Source of the DNA: Flavobacteriales bacterium
Lineage (GTDB): Bacteria > Bacteroidota > Bacteroidia > NS11-12g > UBA955
Assembly: GCA_002737705.1 (NCBI GenBank)
Contig: NSIM01000005.1
Coordinates: 10,623 to 74,622, forward strand
Reading direction: 5' to 3'
DNA length: 64,000 nucleotides
A program made the translations under genes and the position numbers. Shown here piece after piece: positions 52,424 through 62,378 of this stretch. Within the stretch, counting starts at the first letter, position 1. Each line of letters opens with the position of its first letter. The notes under the pieces were generated by a model. The model made no database searches. It saw only the letters and a list, made by a program, of their open reading frames with translations, and was not told the origin of the DNA.

Positions 52424-52723
52424 ATGACAAAGTCAGAAATCGTTAACGAAATTTCATTGCGTACTGGTCTGGAGAAGACCATTATTGCCGACACAATAGA
52501 CAACTTCTTTTTGGTTGCCAAAGCATCCATGGTTGCTGGTAACAACATTTATTTAAGGGGATTTGGGACCTTTGAATTGAAAAAAAGGAAAACCAAGGTG
52601 GCGCGTAACATCAAGCGAAATACAAGCCTGATTGTTCCAGCCCACTTTGTAGCCCGCTTTAAACCTGCCAAAGAATTTGCTATCCAAGTTAAGGAAAGCA
52701 AATTTTTGACCGCACTCCTCTAA
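52424..52723 (+). CDS. hup: HU-family DNA-binding protein
   Basis: MTKSEIVNEIS...GFGTFELKKRK... Confidence 0.85.
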   Translation: MTKSEIVNEISLRTGLEKTIIADTIDNFFLVAKASMVAGNNIYLRGFGTFELKKRKTKVARNIKRNTSLIVPAHFVARFKPAKEFAIQVKESKFLTALL

Positions 52724-52746
52724 CACAGATTGTGTAACTTTGTCGC

Positions 52747-53556
52747 GTGGTAAACAACTCACGCGTTTGGTTCATGGTGCTGTTTGGCCTGGTTGGAATC
52801 ATACTGATTGCCAATAGGTGGAAGTCGGCCCAAATTAATCCAAAGGAAACAACCCGTATTGATAAAAGCGAAAAGCCCGTATTCGTTGGTGATGAACTCC
52901 CACAGAAAGAAATCACCCGTATTGAGTTCCTCAATTCGGTATTTGAAAAATCCAAGCCCAGTCCTCTCGTCTCTCGTGTATTGACCAGTAAACCGGGAAG
53001 TTTTGCTAAAGACAGCGTAGAACATGCTCTTCGTTGGGCAGAAGAAACAGAAAATACGGCCTTGGTTGCGCTGCTTCAAACCGACCTATCCGAACAATTT
53101 GGCAATCGCAATGAAACAGAAATTGCCAGAAGCCTCATATTTGCGGGCGCAAGTGTTATGGAAACACCAATCGTTGCAGCTTATTTGTTTCAATTGGGCA
53201 AAAAATATATTGATATTGGATTAAAAAAACAACCTTCAAATACCCAAATTATGAATGCCTTAATCGTTTACCAAAGTGAATATTTAAAAGCGCCAATGCA
53301 ATTTCTAGGAACACTTAGAAAAGCACTCGCAACGGATAGTAGCAATATTGAAACCCATTTTATTCATTTAAATCTATTAAAAAAATCACAACAGTGGCCA
53401 AAAGCACTGAAAAAATGCGAGAAATTGATATCTTTGCAACCCGAAAATTCTAGATGGTTGTTCGAAATGAGCGACATATTTGGTGAAATTGGGGATTCTG
53501 TCAATGCAAAGGTTTACCTTAACTTGGCAGTAAAAACACAGAAAACAAATCAATAA
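52747..53556 (+). CDS. membrane-anchored hypothetical protein, TPR-like
   Basis: An N-terminal TM. No catalytic motifs recognised. Confidence 0.4.
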   Translation: MVNNSRVWFMVLFGLVGIILIANRWKSAQINPKETTRIDKSEKPVFVGDELPQKEITRIEFLNSVFEKSKPSPLVSRVLTSKPGSFAKDSVEHALRWAEETENTALVALLQTDLSEQFGNRNETEIARSLIFAGASVMETPIVAAYLFQLGKKYIDIGLKKQPSNTQIMNALIVYQSEYLKAPMQFLGTLRKALATDSSNIETHFIHLNLLKKSQQWPKALKKCEKLISLQPENSRWLFEMSDIFGEIGDSVNAKVYLNLAVKTQKTNQ

Positions 53557-53574
53557 AAAAAGAAAAAATTAGAT

Positions 53575-53664
53575 ATGCCAAGCGGTAAAAAAAGAAAACG
53601 TCATAAAATTGCAACGCATAAAAGAAAAAAGCGTTTGCGCAAGAACCGTCACAAGAAGAAATAA
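53575..53664 (+). CDS. 29-aa ultra-basic small protein (possibly ribosomal protein bS22-like); absent from the ORF track
   Basis: ATG...TAA encoding MPSGKKRKRHKIATHKRKKRLRKNRHKKK. It lies between an upstream hypothetical gene and rng. Confidence 0.45.
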   Translation: MPSGKKRKRHKIATHKRKKRLRKNRHKKK

Positions 53665-53691
53665 ATTGGTTCGCCATCCTAATTCCGCATT

Positions 53692-55248
53692 TTGTCCAAC
53701 GAATTAATCATACAAAAAAGTTCGGCTGGGGTAGAAATTGCACTTCTTTCGAACCGCAAACTCATAGAATTTCACAGAGAAACCTCATCTGAGGGTTTTC
53801 AAGTAGGTGACTTTTATTTGGGTAAAGTCAAAAAAATCTCCCCGTCGCTCAATGCTGCCTTCATCCATGTTGGCGGTGAAAAAGACGGTTTTTTGACCTA
53901 TTTCGATTTAGGGCCCAACCTCAAATCACTCCGCAAGGTGGTAAAGTCTGCCATTGCAGGAAATCCACGATCGGGCAATTTAGACCAGTTTAGTATCGAA
54001 GACCCTATTGTAAAAACAGGGAAAATTGGCAATGTATTAAAGGTGGGTGAGCCCCTTTTGGTTCAGGTAATCAAAGAGCCTATCGCCAATAAAGGACCAA
54101 AAATATCCTGTGATATTAGCATTCCTGGACGCTACTTTATTCTGGTTCCATTTAATAACACCGTATCGATTAGCCGCAAAATTGGCAACCCGAAAGAAAA
54201 AAGTCGCTTAAAAGACCTTGCCGACAGCATACGACCTCACAATTTTGGCGTAATCATTCGCACAGTTAGCGAAGGTGTTGCCCTGGAAGAGCTTGATAAA
54301 GATATGCGAGAACTGGTAAAAAAATGGGACGCATTAATTCAAGCCCTCAAAAATGCAGCCACTTCTACAAAAGTGCTGGGTGAGGGAAACCGCTTGCAAA
54401 CATTACTCCGGGATATTTTAAATGATTCATTTACCCAGATCATAAGCAATGATCCCGAAATTTATGCTTCTGTAAAAGAGACGCTGACCAAGTACAATGC
54501 TGACAGCGATAAAATTGTAAAATTGCACCAAAGTAAAATTGGTTTATTCGACCAATTCAATGTAAACCGACAAATTCAAAGTTCATTTGGCCGCAATGTT
54601 CCTTTCAGTGGGGGTGCATACCTTGTCATTGATCATACCGAGGCACTGCATGTTGTTGATGTAAATAGTGGCAGCACCTCCTACGACCAACAAAACAGAG
54701 AGGCCAATGTTCTTAAAATAAATCTTGAGGCCGTAGAAGAAATTGCCCGACAAGTTCGATTGCGAGACATGGGTGGCATTATCGTGATCGATTTTATCGA
54801 TATGCGCGATCCAAAAAAGAAAAATGAATTGTTTCAGACGCTGAAAACAGCTATGAAAACCGATAGGGCGAGACACAATATTCTGCCGATGAGCAAATTT
54901 GGTTTGGTCCAGATTACCCGCGAACGGGTTCGCCCTGCCACCGAAATTGCTACGCAAGAAGTCTGTATTAGTTGCAACGGAACAGGGAAGATGGATTCCA
55001 GCATTCAGTTGATTGATAAAATCGAAAATGAAATCAATTATTTGTGGGAAAATATGAACCAAAAACATATTACACTTCGGGCAAATCCACTGATTACCAA
55101 TTATTTCCGTCATGGAATTCCTTCACTTCGTATGAAATGGTGGTTAAAACACAAGCATTGGTTAAAACTCCAAGCCGACCCATCGCTTTCACTAACTGCC
55201 TACCAACTTGTGAATGAATTAAAGCAGGTTGTAAACCAAGAAGCGTAA
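53692..55248 (+). CDS. rng: ribonuclease E/G family protein
   Basis: An N-terminal S1 domain is followed by an RNase E/G catalytic core of ~500 aa. Confidence 0.8.
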   Translation: MSNELIIQKSSAGVEIALLSNRKLIEFHRETSSEGFQVGDFYLGKVKKISPSLNAAFIHVGGEKDGFLTYFDLGPNLKSLRKVVKSAIAGNPRSGNLDQFSIEDPIVKTGKIGNVLKVGEPLLVQVIKEPIANKGPKISCDISIPGRYFILVPFNNTVSISRKIGNPKEKSRLKDLADSIRPHNFGVIIRTVSEGVALEELDKDMRELVKKWDALIQALKNAATSTKVLGEGNRLQTLLRDILNDSFTQIISNDPEIYASVKETLTKYNADSDKIVKLHQSKIGLFDQFNVNRQIQSSFGRNVPFSGGAYLVIDHTEALHVVDVNSGSTSYDQQNREANVLKINLEAVEEIARQVRLRDMGGIIVIDFIDMRDPKKKNELFQTLKTAMKTDRARHNILPMSKFGLVQITRERVRPATEIATQEVCISCNGTGKMDSSIQLIDKIENEINYLWENMNQKHITLRANPLITNYFRHGIPSLRMKWWLKHKHWLKLQADPSLSLTAYQLVNELKQVVNQEA

Positions 55249-55498
55249 AGTCTACCCATTCCCTTCATGCAATTTGATGGGTTTGACAAAAATACAATAC
55301 CAACGCCCGTCATCCATTTCGCACATAGCATGCAAAATTCTGCGTTGTACGGACAAAATGGTTTTCTACCGTGGAGGCAAGTATATCGTGGTCCTAATTT
55401 TTAAAGAAACGCATTCCACATGCGATTTGTCTTACTAATTCTAGAATCAGTTGTGATTTTCCGAACTAAATTGAACTAAAATATGCATATATTCGAAA

Positions 55499-57994
55499 AT
55501 GAAAAAAGCATTGTTGTTCTTTACACTCTTGATGTTGGGTATCCAGTTATTTTCACAAAATCAAATAGTGCGGGGGACCTTGCGCGACAAAGAATCTCAG
55601 TCCATAATTACCGGAGCCAAAATATTCTTCGAAGGACCTGTCACCAATCCACCCGCCTCTTTCGAAACCACCTCCAATGAAAAAGGTGAATTCGTTTTTA
55701 CCGAAGTACCCGTGGGTAGATACGCCATCGCCATTGAAGCCAAAGACTACCAAATTTTTGGAACCAATAATATCGTCGTTACCTCAGGAAAAGAGGTCAT
55801 CCTTCATTACGAGCTGGAACAAATTATAGAAAAAGTGGGTGAAGTAAGTATCAAAGCAAAGTCTAAAGGAGACAAACCCAACAACGATGCAGCCCTAATC
55901 TCAGCCCGTTTATTTACCGTGGATGAGACAGATCGTTTTGCAGGAAGCAGGGGAGATCCAGCAAGAATGGCGTCTAACTTCGCAGGGGTTCAGGGTGCAG
56001 ATGACTCCCGCAATGACATCGTAGTGAGGGGAAATTCGCCCCAAGGAATTTTGTGGCGATTGGAGGGAATTGATATTCCCAACCCCAATCACTTTGCGAT
56101 TCCTGGAACTACCGGTGGCTCTGTTTCGATCATCAATAATAAAATCTTGGGAAACTCGGATTTTTTTACCGGGGCCTTTCCAGCCGAATATGGCAATGCT
56201 AATGCTGGCGCATTTGATTTAAAATTGCGCAATGGGAACAATAAAAAACGAGAGTATAGCTCTCAAATTGGCTTGTTAGGGGCTGATGTTTTGGTCGAAG
56301 GGTATTTCAACAAAAAAAGCAGTGCCAGTTACATGGCAACCTACAGATACAGTACTTTGTCTTTGTTTAGTGCATTGAAAATTCCCATTGGAACCGATGC
56401 AGTGCCCAATTACCAAGATTATTCGTGTAAATTAAATTTCCCCTTGAAAAACAATAAAGGAAATCTAAGTTTCTTTGGAATAGGTGGAAGCAGTGAGATT
56501 GATATCAATATCAGCAACCAGAAAGAAAGCAGCAGCGAGTTATATGGCGACAATGACCGCGACCAGTATTTTGCTTCGAAAATGCACGTTTGGGGAACTG
56601 GCTTTCAGTACAATATGAATAAAAATAGCTATGTCAAGGTATCTGCTGCCATGACATGGCAAAGTGTAAATGCACACCACGAACTCGTTTTTAGGCATGT
56701 TTCAAATACGATTATACGGAATGGAAAATCCTTTCTCCAATACAAACAAGATTCTTTGGTACCCAATATGGGATATACTTTCGACACAAAAACATACGGT
56801 GTTCATGCCTTTTACAACAAAAAATTCTCTGCAAAAAGTTCTATTCGGGCTGGAATACAAGCAACAGAATACCGCTTTACGTTGTTGGATAGTGGCCTAA
56901 ATTTTAATCCCGACAAGCCCTTGTTTTGGAAATTCAGTACACGGTGGAATGCCAATGGAAATGCATTCATGCTCATTCCCTATGTACAATGGAAGTATAA
57001 ATTTTCCCCGGCCATTACTCTGAGTGCTGGAATTCAAATGCAAACCTATGCAATCACATTCGATCCAGCCAATACCCCTATGGCAAGAAAAACCTTGGTA
57101 TCCGATAAAAAGATCAGCAATACCAGTAACAGTGGTCCACTTTTGCGTTTGGGAGCCCGTTATCAACTCACCAAGCGAGATGCATTAAATCTGGGATTGG
57201 GCATGCACTCACAAAATCAAAGTGCGTATGTATACTACTTTCAAAAACCTGGAAACAATACCCCCCATAACATGAATATGGGATTGTCGAGAAGCAATCA
57301 TGCGGTATTGGGTTGGGATCACCAACTGGGAAAATCCAGTAGAATTAAAGTAGAAACCTATTACCAATCTCTGTCTAACTTGCCTACTGAACTCAAAAGT
57401 TCATCCTTTTCATTGGCAAATACTGGAAGTGGATTCAGCAGATTCTTCCCCGATAGTTTGCAAAATGCGGGCAAAGGATACAATTATGGAATGGAGCTTA
57501 CCGTTGAGAAATTTTTCAGCAAAGGCTTTTATTATTTGGCCTCACTCAGTGTTTTTGATGCACAATACCAAGGAAGCGATACCGTATGGAGAAGCAGCGA
57601 CTTTAATACCAATTATGCTGCCAATGTTTTGGTGGCGAGAGAATTTGTATTTAAAAACAAAAACTCATTGAATATTGGTGGCAAAATGACTTTCGCCGGA
57701 GCACGAAGATTTTCTCCTGTCGATTCTGTGGCTACAAAGAATGAACGCGAATATATTGAAATAGGCACATTGAAGAATACAAAGCGATTTGGATCTCCCT
57801 ACCGCCGATTCGATATACGTATTGCTTATAGAATCAACGCCAAGCGCGTATCCCATGAAATCGCTTTTGATTTTGTGAACGTGACGAATATGAAAAATGT
57901 CTTAAAATACAGCTATGTAGACACAAAACCCTTTTTCAGAGAAACCTATCAATTGGGCTTTCTTCCCCTATTTTATTACAAGTTAAATTTTTAA
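55499..57994 (+). CDS. TonB-dependent receptor with an N-terminal carboxypeptidase-regulatory-like domain
   Basis: A signal peptide, a CarbopepD_reg-like segment, a plug region and a C-terminal ...YYKLNF. Confidence 0.75.
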   Translation: MKKALLFFTLLMLGIQLFSQNQIVRGTLRDKESQSIITGAKIFFEGPVTNPPASFETTSNEKGEFVFTEVPVGRYAIAIEAKDYQIFGTNNIVVTSGKEVILHYELEQIIEKVGEVSIKAKSKGDKPNNDAALISARLFTVDETDRFAGSRGDPARMASNFAGVQGADDSRNDIVVRGNSPQGILWRLEGIDIPNPNHFAIPGTTGGSVSIINNKILGNSDFFTGAFPAEYGNANAGAFDLKLRNGNNKKREYSSQIGLLGADVLVEGYFNKKSSASYMATYRYSTLSLFSALKIPIGTDAVPNYQDYSCKLNFPLKNNKGNLSFFGIGGSSEIDINISNQKESSSELYGDNDRDQYFASKMHVWGTGFQYNMNKNSYVKVSAAMTWQSVNAHHELVFRHVSNTIIRNGKSFLQYKQDSLVPNMGYTFDTKTYGVHAFYNKKFSAKSSIRAGIQATEYRFTLLDSGLNFNPDKPLFWKFSTRWNANGNAFMLIPYVQWKYKFSPAITLSAGIQMQTYAITFDPANTPMARKTLVSDKKISNTSNSGPLLRLGARYQLTKRDALNLGLGMHSQNQSAYVYYFQKPGNNTPHNMNMGLSRSNHAVLGWDHQLGKSSRIKVETYYQSLSNLPTELKSSSFSLANTGSGFSRFFPDSLQNAGKGYNYGMELTVEKFFSKGFYYLASLSVFDAQYQGSDTVWRSSDFNTNYAANVLVAREFVFKNKNSLNIGGKMTFAGARRFSPVDSVATKNEREYIEIGTLKNTKRFGSPYRRFDIRIAYRINAKRVSHEIAFDFVNVTNMKNVLKYSYVDTKPFFRETYQLGFLPLFYYKLNF

Positions 57995-58092
57995 TCGCCG
58001 AACACAAGGGGGTGACCAAAATAAAGATTGGGCATTGTGGATGACAAATTGACCTTCGGTATGTGTCCACTCTCGGCAACATGTGAATAAAG

Positions 58093-58119
58093 GACAGCGC
58101 GCGCGCTGCGCGCGCTGTC
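58093..58119. promoter_or_regulatory. GC-rich (CG)n hairpin with an 11-12-bp stem
   Basis: ACAGCGCGCG-cgctg-CGCGCGCTGT flanked by a G/C pair. It lies 15 nt upstream of the OmpA-like start. No U-tract follows. Confidence 0.4.
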
Positions 58120-58133
58120 TAACTTCGCAGAAT

Positions 58134-59099
58134 ATGAAATACGGATGGATTTTATTCGCATTGGCGATTGCAATAACCTCTTGCGTAAGCAAAAAACAAT
58201 TTCAAACCCTCGAAGCGTCAAAAGTGGAGATGGAAAAAGCCTTTGCAAGAAAAAACGCTGATTGCCTCGAAAAAAATACCTCGTTGGTGTCTAGTATCGC
58301 TGAAATTCAAGCCGAAAAATCGGCCAAAGAAAAACACCTCAGTGAACTCAAGGACACAATGGAAACTTGCCAATTACAACTTGAGGAAAATCTCCAATAT
58401 ATCCGTAACCTAGGCTCAACACTCGATGGACAAAGACAAAATCTAGCAACAGAAATTAATGTCAAAAATAAAATCCTTCAAACAAAAGAACTTGAACTAA
58501 ACGCTGCATTGGCCAAAGCGGAAGAAGAACGCGCCCGACTAGAACAACTCCGCAAAGAATTGGAAAAAACCAGTCAGCGTGTGAAAGATCTTGAAGCGGA
58601 GCTTACCCGCAAAGAAAAAGCGGTACTCGAACTCAAAGAAGCGATCGCAAAAGCCCTTGCAGGATTTGAAAAACTGGATATCAAAGTCGAATACCGCAAT
58701 GGAAAAGTGTATGTTATTTTACCTGAAAAACTCCTATTTGCAAGCGGAAGTATTGTTGTAGATGCCAAAGGAAGAGACCCTTTAATTGAGATTGGAAAAG
58801 TACTAAACAAGAATGAAAGTGTTCAAATGGCCATCGAGGGTCATACCGACAATATTCCCATGAAGGGCAGTGAATCTATCAAAGACAATTGGGATTTGAG
58901 TGTGCTGCGTGCAACAAGTATCGCCCGAATTCTCATCGTGGATGCGGGGATGAACCCCAAACGTATCCAGGCAGTTGGCCGGGGAGAAACACAACCCATT
59001 GTAAGCAACGACAGCCCCGAAGGACGTGCCAAAAATCGACGTACAGAAATTATTCTTACGCCACAGTTGGATAAAATACTTGAGATTCTAAACAACTAA
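58134..59099 (+). CDS. OmpA/MotB-family lipoprotein with a coiled-coil
   Basis: Lipobox ...AITSC. The C-terminus GHTDNIP...NRRTEIIL is an OmpA domain. Confidence 0.75.
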   Translation: MKYGWILFALAIAITSCVSKKQFQTLEASKVEMEKAFARKNADCLEKNTSLVSSIAEIQAEKSAKEKHLSELKDTMETCQLQLEENLQYIRNLGSTLDGQRQNLATEINVKNKILQTKELELNAALAKAEEERARLEQLRKELEKTSQRVKDLEAELTRKEKAVLELKEAIAKALAGFEKLDIKVEYRNGKVYVILPEKLLFASGSIVVDAKGRDPLIEIGKVLNKNESVQMAIEGHTDNIPMKGSESIKDNWDLSVLRATSIARILIVDAGMNPKRIQAVGRGETQPIVSNDSPEGRAKNRRTEIILTPQLDKILEILNN

Positions 59100-59163
59100 T
59101 TGAGACGATACGTTCAATTGTTCACCCATTGACAATATCCTCGTTTTTGCATACATACCGATT

Positions 59164-59622
59164 GTGATTGTCGTTGCCGCTATTGAAAACCACAAAAATC
59201 CGGAAATTGATTTTCTCTGTGCCGATTATCTAAAACGCTGTGCTTCCATGCATACAGTAAAAATTGCGCTGTTACCGGCTGCCCGAACCCCCGATCCAGA
59301 AATACAAAAAATCAAAGAGAGCGAAACACTGCGTAAATTTATGAAAGCTGGTGATACCCTCATTTTATGTGATGAAAGGGGGAAATCTTTTACCAGCAAA
59401 GGATTTGCCCACTATTTAGACAAAACACTATCTCAATCTCGCGGGAAAATTGTTATTGCCATTGGAGGGGCCTATGGGTTTACCGAAACATTGCGCAATG
59501 AATATCCCAGCATACGACTCAGCGATTGGATTTTTCCGCATCACCTGGCCCGGGTGGTAATGACTGAACAAATTTACCGCGCTTTGACTATTCTCAAAGG
59601 CACAGGTTACCACCACGATTAA
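59164..59622 (+). CDS. rlmH: 23S rRNA (pseudouridine1915-N3)-methyltransferase RlmH
   Basis: SPOUT fold. The IGGAYG motif and the C-terminal ...YRALTILKGTGYHHD are RlmH signatures. GTG start. Confidence 0.8.
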   Translation: MIVVAAIENHKNPEIDFLCADYLKRCASMHTVKIALLPAARTPDPEIQKIKESETLRKFMKAGDTLILCDERGKSFTSKGFAHYLDKTLSQSRGKIVIAIGGAYGFTETLRNEYPSIRLSDWIFPHHLARVVMTEQIYRALTILKGTGYHHD

Positions 59623-59750
59623 ACCGCCGTTACGTTACAACAACAATCCCGCGAATAGTTTGGAAAATTGCTACTTCCAATCGGGCGAATCTCAAGCCAA
59701 ATCGAAAGACCGCCCCATAGCCACCCCAAAAATCGTATTTTTGCCACAGA

Positions 59751-61631
59751 ATGAATCTAGAACAGGCGCTATCGGACCAAATCGCAAATGCCGTGAACAG
59801 CCTCTATGGCAGTATTCCCCAGCCTATCAAAATCGAGCGCACCAATCCCGATTTTGTGGGAGATTATACCTTTGTGGTTTTTCCCCTGCTGCGCATTTCT
59901 AGAACTACACCCGAAAATACTGCCAAATCCATTGGGGCGCTATTGTTGACCCATGGAAGTATGGTAACTGCATTCAATGTGGTAAAAGGATTTTTAAATA
60001 TCAGTCTTAGTACCCGTATTTATGCCGATTTTTTGCAACAAAACTGGAATAATCCCAGCTTTGGAAATACGCAAATGGGGGCTGGGGAAAAAGTGATGGT
60101 TGAATACTCATCGCCCAATACAAACAAACCCCTCCACTTGGGACACGTTCGCAATAATCTTCTTGGCCTCAGCCTTTCAAGGATTTTTAAAGCCTCCGGA
60201 CATGATGTTGTAATGGCCAATTTGGTCAACGATCGGGGCATCCATATTTGTAAATCCATGGTCGCCTGGCAACGGTTTGGAAACGGAGAAACCCCCGAAT
60301 CGAGCCAAACAAAAGGAGACCATCTGGTTGGTAAATATTATGTGCTGTTTGAAAATGCCCTTCGTGAAGAAACCCTTCCCTTTATAGAAATGGCAATCAA
60401 TGGCCAATGGGCTGCTCCAAAACCCATTGCTGAGCAGTACGCTTTGCTATTTGAGCAGCTCAAGAAAGCAACCGAAGAAAAACAAATCGGGAAATTAAAG
60501 GACGATATCAAAGAATTGGTGCGCAACCACTCCGAATTGATGCGTGCTTGTCAGCAAATGCTCCGCGATTGGGAAGCCAGTGAACCCCAGGTTATTTCAC
60601 TGTGGAAAACCATGAATGCCTGGGTTTACAGTGGTTTTGAAAAAACATATACACGATTAGGTGTCTCTTTTGATCAATATTATTATGAATCTGATACCTA
60701 TAAATTGGGTAAAGATGTCATCGATGCGGGCCTGGCTGATGGGGTGTTTTACCGCAAACAAGACAACAGTGTTTGGATTGATTTACGTGATGATGGGCTT
60801 GACGAAAAAATTGTTCTTCGTGCTGATGGAACCAGTGTCTACATTACCCAAGACATTGGAACTGCAGACCTCAAATTTAAACAACACCTTGTAGATAGAA
60901 GTATTTATGTGGTGGGAAACGAGCAGGAATACCATTTTAAGGTCTTGTTTCTAATACTAAAAAAATTGGGTAGACCCTATGCTCAAGGCTTGTTCCATTT
61001 AAGCTACGGTATGGTGGACCTCCCCAGTGGAAAAATGAAAAGTAGGGAAGGAACCGTTGTAGATGGCGACGACTTGGTACAAGAGATGGTTGATGAAGCC
61101 AAAGCCAAAACCCTGGAATTGGGTAAAACCGATGGCATAAATTCAGAAGAACTCGAAAACATATATGAATCACTCGGATTGTCTGCCCTAAAATTTTTTA
61201 TTTTAAAAGTTGATCCTCGCAAACGAATGCTATTTAATCCCCAAGAAAGTATCGACTTTCAGGGCGATACTGGACCTTTTGTTCAATATACCTATGCGCG
61301 TATTCAAAGTATTTTGCGCGGTGCAGGAAATGGCTGGGAAGCACTAGAAATTGGGCAGGATTTACATTCCCTAGAAGTGGAAATTATTCAGACACTTTAC
61401 CGTTATCCAAACGAAATAAACACAGCTTCCAATCAATTTTCACCGGCCATTATTTGCCAATACTGCGTCGATTTGTCCAGAACATTTAACCGGTTCTACA
61501 ATGGGTGTCACATCTTGCGTGAAACCAATATTATTGCTAAAAACACCCGATTAAAAATGGCTTACCTCACCGCCCACACACTTAGACATGCCTTGGACCT
61601 ATTGGGCATAAAAGTAGTAGAAAGAATGTAA
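59751..61631 (+). CDS. argS: arginine--tRNA ligase
   Basis: SPNTNKPLHLGHVRN is the class I HIGH motif. DALR anticodon-binding C-terminus. Confidence 0.9.
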   Translation: MNLEQALSDQIANAVNSLYGSIPQPIKIERTNPDFVGDYTFVVFPLLRISRTTPENTAKSIGALLLTHGSMVTAFNVVKGFLNISLSTRIYADFLQQNWNNPSFGNTQMGAGEKVMVEYSSPNTNKPLHLGHVRNNLLGLSLSRIFKASGHDVVMANLVNDRGIHICKSMVAWQRFGNGETPESSQTKGDHLVGKYYVLFENALREETLPFIEMAINGQWAAPKPIAEQYALLFEQLKKATEEKQIGKLKDDIKELVRNHSELMRACQQMLRDWEASEPQVISLWKTMNAWVYSGFEKTYTRLGVSFDQYYYESDTYKLGKDVIDAGLADGVFYRKQDNSVWIDLRDDGLDEKIVLRADGTSVYITQDIGTADLKFKQHLVDRSIYVVGNEQEYHFKVLFLILKKLGRPYAQGLFHLSYGMVDLPSGKMKSREGTVVDGDDLVQEMVDEAKAKTLELGKTDGINSEELENIYESLGLSALKFFILKVDPRKRMLFNPQESIDFQGDTGPFVQYTYARIQSILRGAGNGWEALEIGQDLHSLEVEIIQTLYRYPNEINTASNQFSPAIICQYCVDLSRTFNRFYNGCHILRETNIIAKNTRLKMAYLTAHTLRHALDLLGIKVVERM

Positions 61632-61719
61632 TGCCTTGGCATACCCATTTCCGAAATTTCATTTTCCGGGGCTAAACTACCTAGAAACGTTTTTTAAAGA
61701 AAAGTTTCCGTGTTCTTTG

Positions 61720-62298
61720 TCAAAGCTCCCGATCGGGATTTTCTTTCAGAAATTGAGACCATCCCCCAGCCTTTCCCAAGCTTCCATTACCTCCTTTTGT
61801 GCTTCCAAAAGCCCGGGGTGCGAATTGATAAAAATGGCATACTGCGACAGCCAATCCATCGGTGGCATCCATCGTTTCGGGTTTTTCCTCAAACTTAAAT
61901 TGTGCATGCAACATCGCAAAAACTTGTTCCTTGCTCGCATTTCCATTGCCTACTACTGACTGTTTAATTTTTCGGGGCACGTACTCAAACACAGGCAATT
62001 TTTTGCCAATTGCTGCCGCAATTGCAACACCTTGGGCCCGACCGAGTTTTAGCATCGATTGAACATTCTTTCCAAAAAATGGAGCTTCAATCGCTACCTC
62101 TCTCACATCAAACCCCTCAATCAAAGCAGTAATACGTTCATATATATGGTGCAATTTCTCACCCGCATCCCCTACCTTAGACAAACGAACGACACCCAAC
62201 CCCAATAAAATCGGGGTTTTTTCCTCAATCGAAATCAAACCGTAACCCAGCAAATTTGTTCCGGGGTCGATTCCCAAAATAACCCTTGGTTTATCCAC
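61720..62298 (-). CDS. ruvC: crossover junction endodeoxyribonuclease RuvC
   Basis: ILGIDPGTNLLGYG and catalytic acidic residues in a RuvC-like pattern. Confidence 0.85.
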   Translation of the reverse strand: MDKPRVILGIDPGTNLLGYGLISIEEKTPILLGLGVVRLSKVGDAGEKLHHIYERITALIEGFDVREVAIEAPFFGKNVQSMLKLGRAQGVAIAAAIGKKLPVFEYVPRKIKQSVVGNGNASKEQVFAMLHAQFKFEEKPETMDATDGLAVAVCHFYQFAPRAFGSTKGGNGSLGKAGGWSQFLKENPDREL

Positions 62299-62378
62299 TT
62301 TACAAAGATGCCGATTTCCAAAAAAAATTGGAGAAAAATTCCGAAATTTGTGAAAACATCTATTTATAATCCCTATTC

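Noticed and set aside
54583-55113. 176-aa minus-strand ORF
   Set aside because: Antisense inside rng.
55249-55498. Possible riboswitch (TPP or cobalamin) upstream of the orphan TonB-dependent receptor
   Set aside because: I could not find the conserved CUGAGA / ACCUGAUCUGGAUAAUGCCAGCG (TPP) elements or the B12-box sequence elements by eye.
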